Below the pieces are notes generated by a model, which did not search any database, had not been told where the DNA came from, and saw nothing but the letters and a program-made list of their open reading frames with translations. Below are positions 19,012 through 28,252 of a DNA stretch of 64,000 bases, one piece after another (the stretch's first letter is position 1; each line of letters starts with the position of its first letter). A program made the position numbers and the translations under genes. The stretch comes from Dehalococcoidia bacterium. GTDB lineage: Bacteria > Chloroflexota > Dehalococcoidia > Lucifugimonadales > VXLM01. The stretch is taken from contig DAOUJF010000025.1 of the NCBI GenBank assembly GCA_034423035.1, positions 349-64,348 of the forward strand, written 5' to 3'.

Positions 19012-20418
19012 ATGACAAAGACAATGTACCAAAAGATATGGGACTCGCACGTGGTGCACCGGGAAGAGGGGCAGCCGGCGATCCTGTACGTCGACCTGCA
19101 TCTCATCCACGAGGTGACCACCCCTCAGGCGTTCGACGGCCTTCGTGAAGCGGGCAGGGGAGTCCGGCGTACCGACCTGACCGTAGCGGTTGTCGATCAC
19201 AACACGCCGACCGATCCCGGCCGCGTCACCCTGCCGATCAGAGACCCAATCGCCAAGCAGCAGCTCGACGCTCTCAAGCGCAACTGCGAGGAGTTCGGCA
19301 TCAACCTCTTCGACATGGCGAGCCCGAACCAGGGTATCGTCCACATCATCGGCCCCGAGCAGGGTTGGACCCAGCCGGGCAAGATCATCGTCTGCGGCGA
19401 CAGCCACACCTCCACGCACGGCGCCTTCGGAGCGCTGGCTTTCGGAATTGGCACCTCTGAGGTCGAACACGTTCTGGCGACGCAGACGATCCGTCAGAAC
19501 GTGTCGCCCACGATGGAGATCAGGGTCAACGGCGCTCTGCCCTTCGGCGTCACGGCGAAAGACCTCATTCTCGGGATCATCGGACAGATTGGCATCGGCG
19601 GTGGGCAGGGTCACGTCGTCGAGTACACCGGAGAGGCCGTCCGCTCGCTATCGATGGACGGACGCATGACCGTCTGCAACATGTCCATCGAGGGCGGCGC
19701 GAGAGCGGGCATGATCGCCCCCGACGAGACGACCTTCGAGTACCTGCGAGGCCGTCCCAACGCTCCCCAGGGGGACGACTTCGAGGCAGCCGTCGACGCT
19801 TGGTCGAAGCTGAGAACCGACGAGGGTACGGAGTTCGACGAACTCGTCGAGATTGACGCGAGTTCGCTCGAACCGATGGTGTCGTGGGGCACCAACCCGG
19901 GCATGGTGATTCCGGTAACCTCTCGCGTTCCAGACCCAAACTCCTTCGTCGAGGCCGACGACCGGGTCGCCGCCGAACGCGCCTTGGAGTACATGGACCT
20001 CGAGCCCGACACACCCGTCGAGGATATATCGATAGACCGTGTCTTCCTCGGCTCGTGTACCAACGCCCGTCTCGACGATCTGCGCGCCGCAGCGAAGGTC
20101 ATACGAGGCCGCAAGGTCAACGAGTCCGTCTATGCCATGGTCGTGCCCGGCTCAACCTCCGTGAAAATTCAGGCCGAGGCCGAAGGTCTTGACGCCGTCT
20201 TCAAGGACGCCGGTTTCGACTGGCGCGAGGCAGGCTGCTCCATGTGCTTGGGCATGAACCCTGACATCCTCTCAGCGGGCGAGAGGTGCGCCTCCACCTC
20301 CAACCGCAACTTCGAGGGCCGCCAGGGTCCCGGCGGCAGGACGCACCTCGTCTCGCCCGAAATGGCGGCAGCAGCAGCCATCACCGGCCACTTCGTAGAC
20401 ATTCGAGACTGGAAGTAG
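19012..20418 (+). CDS. leuC: 3-isopropylmalate dehydratase large subunit
   Basis: [15 protein letters not shown].., VCGDSHT, GSCTN aconitase-family Fe-S ligand motifs. Confidence 0.95.
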   Translation: MTKTMYQKIWDSHVVHREEGQPAILYVDLHLIHEVTTPQAFDGLREAGRGVRRTDLTVAVVDHNTPTDPGRVTLPIRDPIAKQQLDALKRNCEEFGINLFDMASPNQGIVHIIGPEQGWTQPGKIIVCGDSHTSTHGAFGALAFGIGTSEVEHVLATQTIRQNVSPTMEIRVNGALPFGVTAKDLILGIIGQIGIGGGQGHVVEYTGEAVRSLSMDGRMTVCNMSIEGGARAGMIAPDETTFEYLRGRPNAPQGDDFEAAVDAWSKLRTDEGTEFDELVEIDASSLEPMVSWGTNPGMVIPVTSRVPDPNSFVEADDRVAAERALEYMDLEPDTPVEDISIDRVFLGSCTNARLDDLRAAAKVIRGRKVNESVYAMVVPGSTSVKIQAEAEGLDAVFKDAGFDWREAGCSMCLGMNPDILSAGERCASTSNRNFEGRQGPGGRTHLVSPEMAAAAAITGHFVDIRDWK

Positions 20419-20425
20419 GTCAAGA

Positions 20426-20746
20426 GTGAGCACCACGACAGCCGACCTACCCCCAAAGGCCGCCGAGTTCGCGCGCATCCTGCAAGACCACATGCCGGAA
20501 CTGGAGCGAGAATACGGCGTGGCCTCCCTTGCCCTGTTCGGCTCCTACGTTCGCGGTGAAGAGCACGAAGACAGCGACCTTGACGTGCTCGTAGACCTCA
20601 GACAACCGATTGGAATGCTTGAGTTCATCGGGCTGGCTGATCACCTTTCACACCTTGTGGGCAAACACGTGGATCTGACGACGACACGGAGCGCGTCGGA
20701 GCGCAGGAGCGGAAGGCACCTATTACGGGAGGCCGTTCCGCTGTGA
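20426..20746 (+). CDS. mntA: Nucleotidyltransferase-domain antitoxin (MntA-type)
   Basis: LALFGSYVRGEEHEDSDLDVLVD minimal NTase motif GSxxRG..D.D. Overlaps the downstream HEPN gene. Confidence 0.85.
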   Translation: MSTTTADLPPKAAEFARILQDHMPELEREYGVASLALFGSYVRGEEHEDSDLDVLVDLRQPIGMLEFIGLADHLSHLVGKHVDLTTTRSASERRSGRHLLREAVPL

Positions 20747-21096
20747 CACGACCGGTCATTGAGTTCCTGCGGGATATCACAGACTGGATGGAAAACACCC
20801 AGTTATTCGTAGATGACATTAATCAACGGGAGTTTATCGACGATCTCAAAACCCGTAGTGCCGTGGAGCGCGCCGTCGAGATCATTGGAGAGGCCTCGAA
20901 ACATATACCTGATGACATTCGTATGCAGTTCCCCGACGTTCCATGGCAACGTATGGCTGGAATGCGAGACCGCGTGATTCATGCATATTTCGGAGTCGAC
21001 TACGATATTTTGTGGCAGACTGTTACGCAGGAAATCCCACCGCTTCTTGAAAGGCTCAGAGAAATAGTCGTGCTTTTGGAGACTGGAAGAGAGTAG
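20743..21096 (+). CDS. hepT: HEPN-domain toxin (HepT / DUF86)
   Basis: MRDRVIHAYFGVDYDILW contains the Rx4H HEPN motif. 4-nt overlap with mntA. Noticeably lower GC than leuC and leuD. Confidence 0.85.
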   Translation: MTRPVIEFLRDITDWMENTQLFVDDINQREFIDDLKTRSAVERAVEIIGEASKHIPDDIRMQFPDVPWQRMAGMRDRVIHAYFGVDYDILWQTVTQEIPPLLERLREIVVLLETGRE

Positions 21097-21103
21097 CCCA
21101 CCC

Positions 21104-21697
21104 ATGAAACCCTTCACACAACTGACCGGCGTCGTCGCACCAATGGACCGCGTGGACGTCGATACAGACCAGATCATTCCGGCGCAGTTCCTCAAGCGCA
21201 TCGAGAAGACCGGATTCGGACAGTTTCTCTTCTACAAGTGGCGCTTTAGCGAGGACGGATCACTCAACCCGGACTTCGAGCTGAACCTGCCGGGGTATGA
21301 GAACGCCTCCGTCCTTGTCTCCGGGAGGAATTTCGGCTCAGGGTCATCCCGTGAGCACGCTCCATGGGCGCTCCTCGACTACGGCATCCGCTGCGTCATC
21401 GCTCCCAGCTTCGCCGATATCTTTGCGAACAACTCACTGCAGAACGGCATTCTGCTCATCACTTTCTCCGACGCGACCGTTCGTACCGTCATGCGGAAGG
21501 CGCAATCCAACCCCGGCTATCGTCTCCACGTAGACTTGGAGAACCAGCGAGTCTGGGACGACGATGAGGAGGTCAACGAGGGCTTCGACATCGACGAGTT
21601 CGCCAAATACAAGCTCCTCAACGGCCTCGACGACATCGGCCTGACCCTGCAGCATGAGGACAGGATCGCCGAGTACGAGGCGGCCAGAGGCTTGTAG
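21104..21697 (+). CDS. leuD: 3-isopropylmalate dehydratase small subunit
   Basis: MKPFTQLTGVVAPMDRVDVDTDQIIPAQFLK and GRNFGSGSSREHAPWAL swivel-domain motifs. Confidence 0.95.
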   Translation: MKPFTQLTGVVAPMDRVDVDTDQIIPAQFLKRIEKTGFGQFLFYKWRFSEDGSLNPDFELNLPGYENASVLVSGRNFGSGSSREHAPWALLDYGIRCVIAPSFADIFANNSLQNGILLITFSDATVRTVMRKAQSNPGYRLHVDLENQRVWDDDEEVNEGFDIDEFAKYKLLNGLDDIGLTLQHEDRIAEYEAARGL

Positions 21698-21714
21698 GGG
21701 ACGGTGTCCCGCGC

Positions 21715-23847
21715 TCAACCGGCCCCGTCGCCGAACCCCCACAGCCGACCGTCCCACGTGGCGACGATCAGCCGACCTTCGATCATTCCCGGAGCCGCGC
21801 TGATCGGTGCGGGAAACTCAGTGCGAGATACCTCTCCTCCGGTCTCAGAATCCACAATGTACAGACCCCCGTCGATGCCGCCGACTGCGAGCAGAGAACC
21901 ATACTTAACCGGCGCTGCCCACATGGACCGCGCACCGCGTCGGAAGGGGTTCATATCCAGCAGATCGCTCCCCGCCTGAACGCTCCAAAACGCCTCGCGA
22001 GGCGTGAGGCCGAGACTTCGCACCCGTCCCTGGTTCGTCGACACATACATCCGGTCTCCATCAACCAGCACATGCGTCGGGTACTGAGCGTCGAGGACCT
22101 CGCCTTCCCACACAGTCTCGCCGGTTTCAGGGTCGAGTGCGGCCAGCTTGCCGAACTCCACGCCGCCGATGATCAAACCGTCCGCCAATACGGGACTGGA
22201 GAAGTAGTGAGTTATCCCAAGAGGATTCTCCCAAGCGATCTCGCCGTTTGCTCGGTCGAGCGCGACTATCCCCCGTCCGGAGAGGTGTGTGATTAGCAGT
22301 CCTCCCACTACAAGCGGACTGGGAAACGACCCCCATCCGTCGCCGACGGGGTCGCCCGAACCGACCGGAGTCGTAAGCGTTGTATACCAGCGCTCCTCGC
22401 CGGTCGCGACAACGTAAGCGCCGTAACCTGCCTTGCCCCCCGTGTATACGGTGCCATCGGCAATGACCGGCGACGTGTATATCCACCGTCCTGGATAACG
22501 TGGCAGGTCGCGGCTCCAAGCGAGTTCCCCGGAACGCGCGTCGATACCGTGTACCCGGCCCGCAACCGATGTTGCGACGGCTACCCCCTCTTCACTCAAG
22601 GCGATGGTGTTCTTGACTGACGTATCTGTCGGCACGTGCCAGTCTCGACGACCGCTCTTGGAGTCGACGGCATAGACCCCCGCATGGCCCCTGAGGTTGT
22701 CGTCCGTGACGCTGTAGAGCAGTTGGTCTCCATGAAGTGCGGGCGCGGCACGGTGCGTTGGCCCCGGTAGTGCGTGGCTCCATAGCAAGTCAAGCTCTTT
22801 CCCCTGACCCCCGAGGAATACCCTTGTGGGCTTTACGTTTGAACGGGCGGTTGTCGTCTGTTGCACGAGGTCGAACTCGAAGCCATTCTCTGTAAACCTG
22901 ACGAGCCGGTAGCCGCGGGAATTCCCGTCATAGCCGCCGAAGCACAGTGGCGTCGGCCCGCCCACAGCCATCCCCTTGTACTCGAACGCCTTGGCGCAAT
23001 GCGTGTGCCCAAACAGCACGAGTCTCACGTTGTATTGGCCCAGCAGGTCGAGGAACTCGATGGCAGGCGGGGTGTGCATGTACAGAACCGTCTCGCGTCC
23101 ATCCGGCAGGGCCGATAGGTCCTCGATAAGCCATCGGTCCTTGCGCGCGATGTCGGCTTGGGTGAAGTAGCTGTCCTCCTTCGAGAACGCCACGAAGTGT
23201 CGCCCGCCCCAGTCGAAGCTGTAGTAGACCGGCCCCAGCACACCTTGGTAGTTCTGGATGCAGCTCACACCCTCCACGTACTCGTACTTGTCGCGGTTGC
23301 CGCCCTGCGCTTCCAGCTCGACGTGGCCGTCATGCCCGCCATAGACCGGCCGTATCGGCGTCCTGATGGGCGCAATCGCGTTGCGGAAGTGCTCCAGCTC
23401 CGCCATAGTGCCGATGTCGGTGAGGTCGCCCGTCGCGAGCACCAGGTCAGGGGACGATTCCCGCTCCAGCTGTTGCAGATCACCTGTCAGGCGCGGCCCT
23501 GTTTCCGGTCCCAGCCATGCCCCCTGCGGCCGGTAGTACGGCTCCGTGCGAACGTGGGTGTCGGTGATCTGGGCGAGCGTGAATTCTCCGTATTGACGCT
23601 CCGGCGCTGCACGAAGCTCGAAGTCGATCTCCGAGTCGGCCTCCGGGACACGGTGGTAGAAGCCACCCACGGCCCGGTGCGTGTCCGGCACCGAGAGGGT
23701 GATGAACGAGTGACTGCCCTGCTCCGCTTCGATTTCGTAGCGCCCTCGGCCATTGGCGCTGACGACCGTCTCGCCGTTCGATATGGATACCCAGGGAACT
23801 CCATACCCCCGTTCGTCGAGCACTGTTCCTTTTACGCGTACCGTCAT
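21715..23847 (-). CDS. Fusion protein: N-terminal carboxypeptidase-regulatory-like domain + calcineurin-like metallophosphoesterase + PQQ-like (BamB-type) beta-propeller
   Basis: MTVRVKGTVLDERG.., AQITDTHV, GDLTD, GHTHC metallophosphoesterase motifs. The C-terminal half has repeated G.VY..D..G..W propeller blades. Start at the Met preceded by GGAG. Confidence 0.7.
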   Translation of the reverse strand: MTVRVKGTVLDERGYGVPWVSISNGETVVSANGRGRYEIEAEQGSHSFITLSVPDTHRAVGGFYHRVPEADSEIDFELRAAPERQYGEFTLAQITDTHVRTEPYYRPQGAWLGPETGPRLTGDLQQLERESSPDLVLATGDLTDIGTMAELEHFRNAIAPIRTPIRPVYGGHDGHVELEAQGGNRDKYEYVEGVSCIQNYQGVLGPVYYSFDWGGRHFVAFSKEDSYFTQADIARKDRWLIEDLSALPDGRETVLYMHTPPAIEFLDLLGQYNVRLVLFGHTHCAKAFEYKGMAVGGPTPLCFGGYDGNSRGYRLVRFTENGFEFDLVQQTTTARSNVKPTRVFLGGQGKELDLLWSHALPGPTHRAAPALHGDQLLYSVTDDNLRGHAGVYAVDSKSGRRDWHVPTDTSVKNTIALSEEGVAVATSVAGRVHGIDARSGELAWSRDLPRYPGRWIYTSPVIADGTVYTGGKAGYGAYVVATGEERWYTTLTTPVGSGDPVGDGWGSFPSPLVVGGLLITHLSGRGIVALDRANGEIAWENPLGITHYFSSPVLADGLIIGGVEFGKLAALDPETGETVWEGEVLDAQYPTHVLVDGDRMYVSTNQGRVRSLGLTPREAFWSVQAGSDLLDMNPFRRGARSMWAAPVKYGSLLAVGGIDGGLYIVDSETGGEVSRTEFPAPISAAPGMIEGRLIVATWDGRLWGFGDGAG

Positions 23848-23927
23848 ATTTTCTCCGCCGTTCATACACGAATGACGTTGGGATTGTACATCGTCCGGAG
23901 TGGTGACGTGGTATCCTTGTTGCCGCA

Positions 23928-24566
23928 ATGGAGACTCCTGAAATATCGCTCTTCGAGGCGATACACACACAGCGCGCCATCCGCCGGTTCACGGACGAAC
24001 CCGTATCCGACGAGGCTATCCGGCGCATCCTCGAGGCGGCAATCCGCGCTCCGAGCGGGCGGAACACTCAGCCATGGCGGTTCATCGTCATCCGCGACAC
24101 CGCGACCAAGCGGAGGGTTGGCGATTACTATCGTCGTGCGTGTGAGGAGGCCGGCATCGGCCAGGAACCGATTCCCGGACTGTCGAAGAAGGTCAACGAC
24201 TCGGTCACTCATCTCGCCTACCACATGGGAGACGCGCCGGTCCTGGTCCTGGCGTGCTACGAGCACCTTTCGGGGGACACCGTTGGGCCGAGTACCCTCC
24301 TGACCGGGTCCTCGATATACCCCGCCGTGCAGAACCTGTTGCTGGCCGCTCGCGCGCTCGGACTGGGCACGTCCCTGACGACCGTTCACTCGATGTTCGA
24401 AGAGGAGATCAAAGACCTGCTCGGCATCCCGTCGAACGTCCAGACGGCGGCCCTCATTCCCTTGGGCTACCCCTCTCCGGAGGAGCGCTTCGGTGGAAGC
24501 CGCCGCAGGCCGGTCGACGAGGTAACGCACTACGACCGGTGGTCGGACGCTGCCGGCGGCGAATAG
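23928..24566 (+). CDS. Nitroreductase-family protein
   Basis: LFEAIHTQRAIRRFTDEPVSDE..APSGRNTQPWRFIVI is the typical nitroreductase N-terminus. Confidence 0.88.
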   Translation: METPEISLFEAIHTQRAIRRFTDEPVSDEAIRRILEAAIRAPSGRNTQPWRFIVIRDTATKRRVGDYYRRACEEAGIGQEPIPGLSKKVNDSVTHLAYHMGDAPVLVLACYEHLSGDTVGPSTLLTGSSIYPAVQNLLLAARALGLGTSLTTVHSMFEEEIKDLLGIPSNVQTAALIPLGYPSPEERFGGSRRRPVDEVTHYDRWSDAAGGE

Positions 24567-24593
24567 TAAACGAGAATCGGACCAGGAGCATAC

Positions 24594-25628
24594 ATGTCGG
24601 AAACTCCTATCAGAGTCGGCGTCGTTGGAGCGGGCAACAGCGCCGTCGAAACGCATATCCCGCGATTCCAGAGTATCGAAGGCGTGGAGGTCGTTAGTGT
24701 CTCCAACCGGACACGCGAGTCCGCACAGCGTGCGGCGGACCGTCTCGGCATCCCGAAGGTCTACGACCACTGGCCTGATCTCGTCGCTTCGGACGAGATC
24801 AACGCCGTATTCATCGGCACGTGGCCCTACCTCCATAAGCCCGTAACCATAGCTGCTCTCGAATCCGGGAAGCATGTGCTCTCACAGGCCCGCATGGCAA
24901 TGAACGCCCAGGAAGCGCACGAGATGTTCGATGCCTCATTACGACACCCCGGACTGATTTCGGCCGTCGTGCCAACGTCGAGGCTTGGCGCGGGCGTAGA
25001 GCAGGTCAAGCATCTCATTGCCGACGGCTGGCTGGGCGATCTGCTGTCGATTGACGTTGTATCCGGCCACGAGTTCGTAGACCGTGGCGCGCCTTACTTC
25101 TGGAGGCACGACCGAGACCTGAGCGGCGTCAACATGCTCGATGTCGGAATGTTGGCCGAGGCCCTCGACCGCGCCATCGGCCCATTTTCTACCGTAATGG
25201 CAAACGCCAAAGTCAACGTCCAAAATCGACGTGACGCGGCGGGAGAACCCCACGCTGTGGCGGTGCCCGATCACGTCGATATCATCGGTGAAATGGCGAT
25301 TGGGGCCTCCTACCACATGCGCTTCAGCCAGGTCACCGGCATGGCCGAAGAGGGCGTGTGGTTCTTCGGCAGCGAGGCGACCCTCAAGACCGACGGCTAC
25401 GCCGAAAAGATCTACGGCGCACGTAGAGGAGATTCTGGGTTCACCCCCATTGATTCCCCGTCCGAGAATCGGATCGTGCATGACATCGCCGCTGAGTTCG
25501 TTTCTGCCATTCGCGAGAAGCGGCAGGTCGAGCAGGTGACATTTGCCCAGGCCGTTAGATACATGGAGTTCACCGAGGCGGTCGGCATCAGCGCCCGGAC
25601 CGGCCGGCGTGTGAACCTACCACTGTGA
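24594..25628 (+). CDS. Gfo/Idh/MocA-family oxidoreductase
   Basis: IRVGVVGAGNSAV Rossmann start and EKP-like KHVLSQARMA segment. Confidence 0.82.
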   Translation: MSETPIRVGVVGAGNSAVETHIPRFQSIEGVEVVSVSNRTRESAQRAADRLGIPKVYDHWPDLVASDEINAVFIGTWPYLHKPVTIAALESGKHVLSQARMAMNAQEAHEMFDASLRHPGLISAVVPTSRLGAGVEQVKHLIADGWLGDLLSIDVVSGHEFVDRGAPYFWRHDRDLSGVNMLDVGMLAEALDRAIGPFSTVMANAKVNVQNRRDAAGEPHAVAVPDHVDIIGEMAIGASYHMRFSQVTGMAEEGVWFFGSEATLKTDGYAEKIYGARRGDSGFTPIDSPSENRIVHDIAAEFVSAIREKRQVEQVTFAQAVRYMEFTEAVGISARTGRRVNLPL

Positions 25629-25643
25629 GAGGTTAGACCTGCC

Positions 25644-26846
25644 GTGCAGCCACTTTCCGGCGTTCGACTCATCGACGTTACGCAGATCATGGCGGGGCCG
25701 TTCTGCACCATGCTCCTCGGGGACATGGGCGCGGACGTCATCAAGATCGAGAAGCCGGACGGAGGAGACGACGTTCGCCGATCGGGTCCTCCATTCGTGG
25801 CCGGCGAGTCGGCCACCTTCCTCAACATCGGGCGCAACAAGCGCAGCGTAGTCATCGACATGAAGCGGCCCGAGGGAGCCGAGATTGTCCGTAACATGGC
25901 AAGGGACGCCGAGATCTTCGTGCAGAACCTTCGGCCGGGACGTCTCGAAGGATTCGGGCTTAGCTACGACGATGTTCGAGAGGTCAACCCCGCCATCGTG
26001 TATGCCACCATCACGGGGTATGGCCGGACTGGGCCCCTCAAGGACAAGCCGGGGTTCGATCTCATGGCCCAGGGACACTCCGGCATCATGAGTGTGACCG
26101 GCCATCCGGGTCAGCCCCCCGTGAAGGTCAGCGTTCCGATCACCGACCTCAACGCCGGACTGTTCACGGCCTACGGGATACTGGCGGCCTACGTGAACCG
26201 GCTCAAGACCGGCAAGGGGCAGCATGTGGACTCGTCGCTTATGGAGGCCGGGGTCGCGTACACAATGTGGGAGTCGGCAATCTACTTCGCCTCCGGCAGA
26301 ATTCCGGGGCCGAATGGGTCGGCCCACCAGATATCCGCCCCTTATCAGGCCCTGCCCACCGCCGACGGGTACATAACTATCGGCGGCGCGAACCAGAGGA
26401 ATTGGGAGAACATATGCCGCACACTCGGGCGTGAGGAGCTTATCTCGGACCCGCGCTTCGTCAATAACGCCGGACGCATGGCGAACCGGCCCGCCCTTGA
26501 GGAGACGCTGGGTGAGACCCTCAAGACGAAGCCAACGGCACACTGGCTCTCAGTTCTTGAGAAGTCCGGCGTCCCGAGTGGGCCTATTCATGACATCGCC
26601 CAGGTATATGCCGACCCGCAGGTCATTGCGCGGGACATGGTCGTTGAGGTCGAGCACCCGACGGCGGGTGCCATCCGCAACGTTGGGATTCCCGTCAAGT
26701 TCTCAGAGACTCCCGGCAGCATCCGTCGCCCGCCCCCACGTTTCGCCGAGCACACTGAAGAGGTGCTCTGCGAGTTCGGGTATTCTACTGCCGACATCGA
26801 CGCGCTCAGGGGTCGGGGAATCGTCAAGACCCTCAAGGACGTGTGA
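25644..26846 (+). CDS. CaiB/BaiF-family (class III) CoA transferase
   Basis: LSGVRLIDVTQIMAGPFCTMLLGDMGADVIKIEKP is the canonical family III N-terminus. Confidence 0.9.
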   Translation: MQPLSGVRLIDVTQIMAGPFCTMLLGDMGADVIKIEKPDGGDDVRRSGPPFVAGESATFLNIGRNKRSVVIDMKRPEGAEIVRNMARDAEIFVQNLRPGRLEGFGLSYDDVREVNPAIVYATITGYGRTGPLKDKPGFDLMAQGHSGIMSVTGHPGQPPVKVSVPITDLNAGLFTAYGILAAYVNRLKTGKGQHVDSSLMEAGVAYTMWESAIYFASGRIPGPNGSAHQISAPYQALPTADGYITIGGANQRNWENICRTLGREELISDPRFVNNAGRMANRPALEETLGETLKTKPTAHWLSVLEKSGVPSGPIHDIAQVYADPQVIARDMVVEVEHPTAGAIRNVGIPVKFSETPGSIRRPPPRFAEHTEEVLCEFGYSTADIDALRGRGIVKTLKDV

Positions 26847-27340
26847 CCGGGACGGGCGAGGAGGGACTGGTGGCAACTCACCACTTCCGAGCTGAGCTGT
26901 ACTCCGTCGGCATAAATCGCTGCGTGGACGTTCCTTCCGAGATCAGCCAGGCGCTCGGCGGCGAGGCCCACATCCGCGTCAAGGGCATGGTAGGGGATGA
27001 ACCCTTCCGCTCCAACCTGGCGCCTCGTGGGGGCGGAGCGCACCGTCTCTTCGTCCACAGCAACATCTGGCGGAAGCTCGGCGTCGACGTGGGCGACACC
27101 GTTCATGTCGAGATCGAGCGCGACGAAGAGGAGTGGGAAATCACCATTCCTTCCGACCTTGCTGACGCCATGTCGGAGGGCAGCGAGGCGCTTGAAGCCT
27201 TTCAGGCCCTCACCATCCCCAACCGAAAGCGGTTCATCAACCGCATCGAGGAGGCCAAGACGCCCGCGACACGGAAGCGTCGTATTGAGCAGGGGATCAA
27301 GCTGCTCATTGAGCGACTGCGGGGAACGAACGGGGGTTAG
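26843..27340 (+). CDS. DUF1905 / YdeI-like domain protein
   Basis: CVDVPSEISQALGGEAHIRVKGMV..PFRSNLAP and the C-terminal FINRIEEAKTPATRKRRIEQGIKLL pattern. The GTG start overlaps the upstream stop. Confidence 0.6.
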   Translation: MTGTGEEGLVATHHFRAELYSVGINRCVDVPSEISQALGGEAHIRVKGMVGDEPFRSNLAPRGGGAHRLFVHSNIWRKLGVDVGDTVHVEIERDEEEWEITIPSDLADAMSEGSEALEAFQALTIPNRKRFINRIEEAKTPATRKRRIEQGIKLLIERLRGTNGG

Positions 27341-27352
27341 CGGTCTCCATGT

Positions 27353-27446
27353 CCGTTCGTGGTGAGCTTGTCGAACCATGCACAGTATGAACCCTTCGAC
27401 AGGCTCAGGGCGAACGGGGTGCTTTCGACACGCTCAGGCCGAACGG
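27353..27446. repeat. Family A palindromic intergenic repeat, copy A1 (with duplicated right arm)
   Basis: CCGTTCGTGGTGAGCTTGTCGAACCATG...CCCTTCGACAGGCTCAGGGCGAACGG is a long imperfect palindrome. Related copies at 30565, 40994, 50683, 50769 and 60995. Confidence 0.85.
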
Positions 27447-27471
27447 ATTTCTTCCATCCCCTCAATCGCCG

Positions 27472-27858
27472 TCAGTCCAAGACCGCCACGGCGTCGATCT
27501 CGATGTGGACGTTCGCACCGGGGAACCGCGCCCCGACGATGGTGTTGGTAGGGTAGTCGTCACCGAAGAACTCGTGGTAGATGTCGGCCTGCTCCCCGTC
27601 GAAGGGGAACCAGTCGTCCGTATTGTTGACAAAAGTAGTCAGCTTTACGATGTCGGACGGCTTGCCGCCCTCGGCCACCACCATACGGGTGAGCCTGTCG
27701 AGCACGACGCGAAGCTGCTCCATCGGCGAGCCGTTCTCCGCTTCGGACCTGTTCGCCGTGCAGCCTGACAGGAACAGCATGTTTCCCGCCCGAACGCCAC
27801 GGCTGTAGTGCGGCCCCGCAGCGTAGATATCTTCGAATCCGATCCGTCGGTTCTTCAT
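27472..27858 (-). CDS. RidA/YjgF-family reactive-intermediate deaminase
   Basis: 128 aa with the ..GNMLFLSG.. and ..PTNTIVGA..LPGANVHIEIDAV C-terminal pattern typical of RidA. Confidence 0.85.
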   Translation of the reverse strand: MKNRRIGFEDIYAAGPHYSRGVRAGNMLFLSGCTANRSEAENGSPMEQLRVVLDRLTRMVVAEGGKPSDIVKLTTFVNNTDDWFPFDGEQADIYHEFFGDDYPTNTIVGARFPGANVHIEIDAVAVLD

Positions 27859-28067
27859 AGGGGATGATATGTTCTAGTACCCATACCAGGCACCACCTAC
27901 TCCATCTCCACCCTAATTCTCAAAATTAATTTAGATATAGTATAAAATTCGGCTGAAGTGCATTTCTATTATTCCGAACATTTATAGAATTCTAAACGGA
28001 ACACATATTCCGAAAAATGTCAAGACGAAACCCTAATTAGTCCAACTTATTTTAGCACTAGATCCTC

Positions 28068-28096
28068 TTGACTGCTAACAAATGGTCGAGTATCAT
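28068..28096 (+). promoter_or_regulatory. Sigma-70-like promoter TTGACT-17 nt-TATCAT in an AT-rich context
   Basis: -35 at 28068-28073, -10 at 28091-28096, exact 17-nt spacer, AT-rich UP-like region upstream. It lies 82 nt upstream of the tRNA-like element. Confidence 0.4.
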
Positions 28097-28177
28097 ACGC
28101 TCGCAGTGGCAGATACAAACAGATAGAGACGACTCTCCTCAGCAAATCGCTGATCAAGCCGTCCCTACCATGATCAT

Positions 28178-28247
28178 GGGGGTCCCAAGGTCGGCGGCCG
28201 GGCTTCTAATCCTTCGCCGGAGGGTTCGACTCCCTCGACCTCCACCA
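28178..28247 (+). ncRNA. 70-nt tRNA-like element (perfect acceptor stem + T-arm + CCA) lacking a canonical D-arm and anticodon stem; possible pseudo-tRNA or att remnant
   Basis: GGGGGTC (28178-84) pairs with GACCTCC (28237-43), including G3:U70. A73 then CCA. T-arm is GAGGG-TTCGACT-CCCTC. The 3-prime half reads as a tRNA half with loop CTTCTAA, but the 5-prime half is 6-8 nt too short. Confidence 0.45.
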
Positions 28248-28252
28248 CTATA

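Noticed and set aside
23158-24875. Long overlapping ORFs 23158..24303 (+) and 23862..24875 (-)
   Set aside because: They overlap the metallophosphoesterase fusion, nitroreductase and Gfo/Idh/MocA genes, which carry recognisable motifs. The long ORFs have none.
28178-28247. tRNA-Sec (selC), considered because selD is a selenoprotein
   Set aside because: The anticodon-like loop reads TCT, not TCA. The element is only 70 nt and lacks the long variable arm and the 8/5 acceptor/T geometry of bacterial tRNA-Sec.
27860-28247. Standard or permuted tmRNA (ssrA)
   Set aside because: The acceptor 5-prime strand is only 35 nt from the T-arm. No tag reading frame or pseudoknot-like GC-rich segments were found upstream or downstream, and GGGG precedes CCA, so it is not a permuted layout. 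Only a tRNA-like domain is supportable.
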